Shown here: in pieces, positions 63,589-64,000 of the stretch
Layout: the number at the start of each line of letters is the position of its first letter
Position numbering within the stretch: the first letter of the stretch is position 1
From: a virus
Direction: 5' to 3' (one strand)
Virus record (IMG/VR): IMGVR_UViG_3300028610_001991
Length of the DNA: 64,000 nt
Program-made: the position numbers and the translations under genes
The notes under the pieces: model-generated
What the model was told of the DNA's origin: nothing
Database searches by the model: none
Seen by the model: only the letters and a program-made list of their open reading frames with translations

Positions 63589-64000
63589 ATGCCAGTGGGA
63601 CCTTATCCTACATTTGATGTTTGTGTAGCAGCTCAACAAAAAAAAGGTAAGTCTAAAAAGTCTGCGCAAGCTATTTGCGGAGCAATAGAGCAAAGGACTA
63701 AGAAAGGAAAGGAAACCGGTTCTTTTACTGAAGCTAAAATAGTTTATGATTTGGTGAAGGCTGAAGTAGGTATAGATAGTTCTGCAGTATGGAAGCCTGC
63801 ACGGAAGAATGATCTTCCAGATGCAGCATTTGCATATGTTGAATCAGGAAAAAAGGAAAAGATAAATGGTAAGACACTTACTAAGCCAAGGAGTAAAAGA
63901 CATTTACCGCATCACACTTTTGCAGTAAAAACAGGAAGTGAAAGTGATACAATAGATAAACCTCATCTTAGAAATGCGTTAGCTCGTGTTTCTCAGACAG
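63589..64000 (+). CDS. partial head-morphogenesis-region protein (runs off window end)
   Basis: GGGAGG RBS; MPVGPYPTFD.CV..., NDLPD.AFAYVE.G, RHLPHH, HLRNALARV. Confidence 0.7.
   Translation, partial: MPVGPYPTFDVCVAAQQKKGKSKKSAQAICGAIEQRTKKGKETGSFTEAKIVYDLVKAEVGIDSSAVWKPARKNDLPDAAFAYVESGKKEKINGKTLTKPRSKRHLPHHTFAVKTGSESDTIDKPHLRNALARVSQT

Noticed and set aside
1-64000. Stop-codon recoding (TAG to Gln or TGA to Trp)
   Set aside because: Long conserved genes (RuvB, TerL, portal, IscB) are intact in the standard code. Most gaps checked in the track are filled by ordinary ORFs under 60 aa, and ATGA/TAATG couplings are consistent with real stops.

Overview
64-kb fragment of a large, AT-rich tailed bacteriophage genome, read with the standard genetic code. 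Strong AGGAG ribosome-binding sites and consensus sigma70/sigmaA promoters indicate a bacterial host. There are four transcription blocks. (1) 1-29.8 kb, minus strand: about 85 mostly small early/host-takeover-type ORFs plus dCMP deaminase, a sigma-factor-like gene, RuvB, an HNH endonuclease, a Gp88-like protein, SSB, a RadC/JAB protein and DUF2958. This block holds a repeat-rich non-coding island at 21.7-23.4 kb. (2) 30.5-39.8 kb, plus strand: small ORFs plus AdoMet-decarboxylase-like, dihydroorotate-dehydrogenase-like, DUF3326 and J-domain genes. (3) 39.9-45.2 kb, minus strand: PD-(D/E)XK nuclease, transglycosylase-like, ParB-like, and very acidic and very basic proteins. (4) 45.3-64 kb, plus strand: tail/baseplate-type genes, holin-like genes, an actin-like ATPase, an intact IscB-omegaRNA (IS200/IS605) element, large terminase and portal. 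The most notable non-coding signals are: a 33-bp motif in 7 copies that looks like a phage-specific promoter, arranged in tandem hairpin modules; a helically phased 11-bp iteron array; two atypical tRNA-like RNAs; a promoter-to-terminator small RNA displaying an anti-Shine-Dalgarno loop; and a perfect 32-bp palindrome plus a pair of inverted 22-bp operator-like sites. The IscB empty site can also be rebuilt from the flanks and predicts an ATGA TAM. All family calls come from motif recognition by eye; no searches were run.
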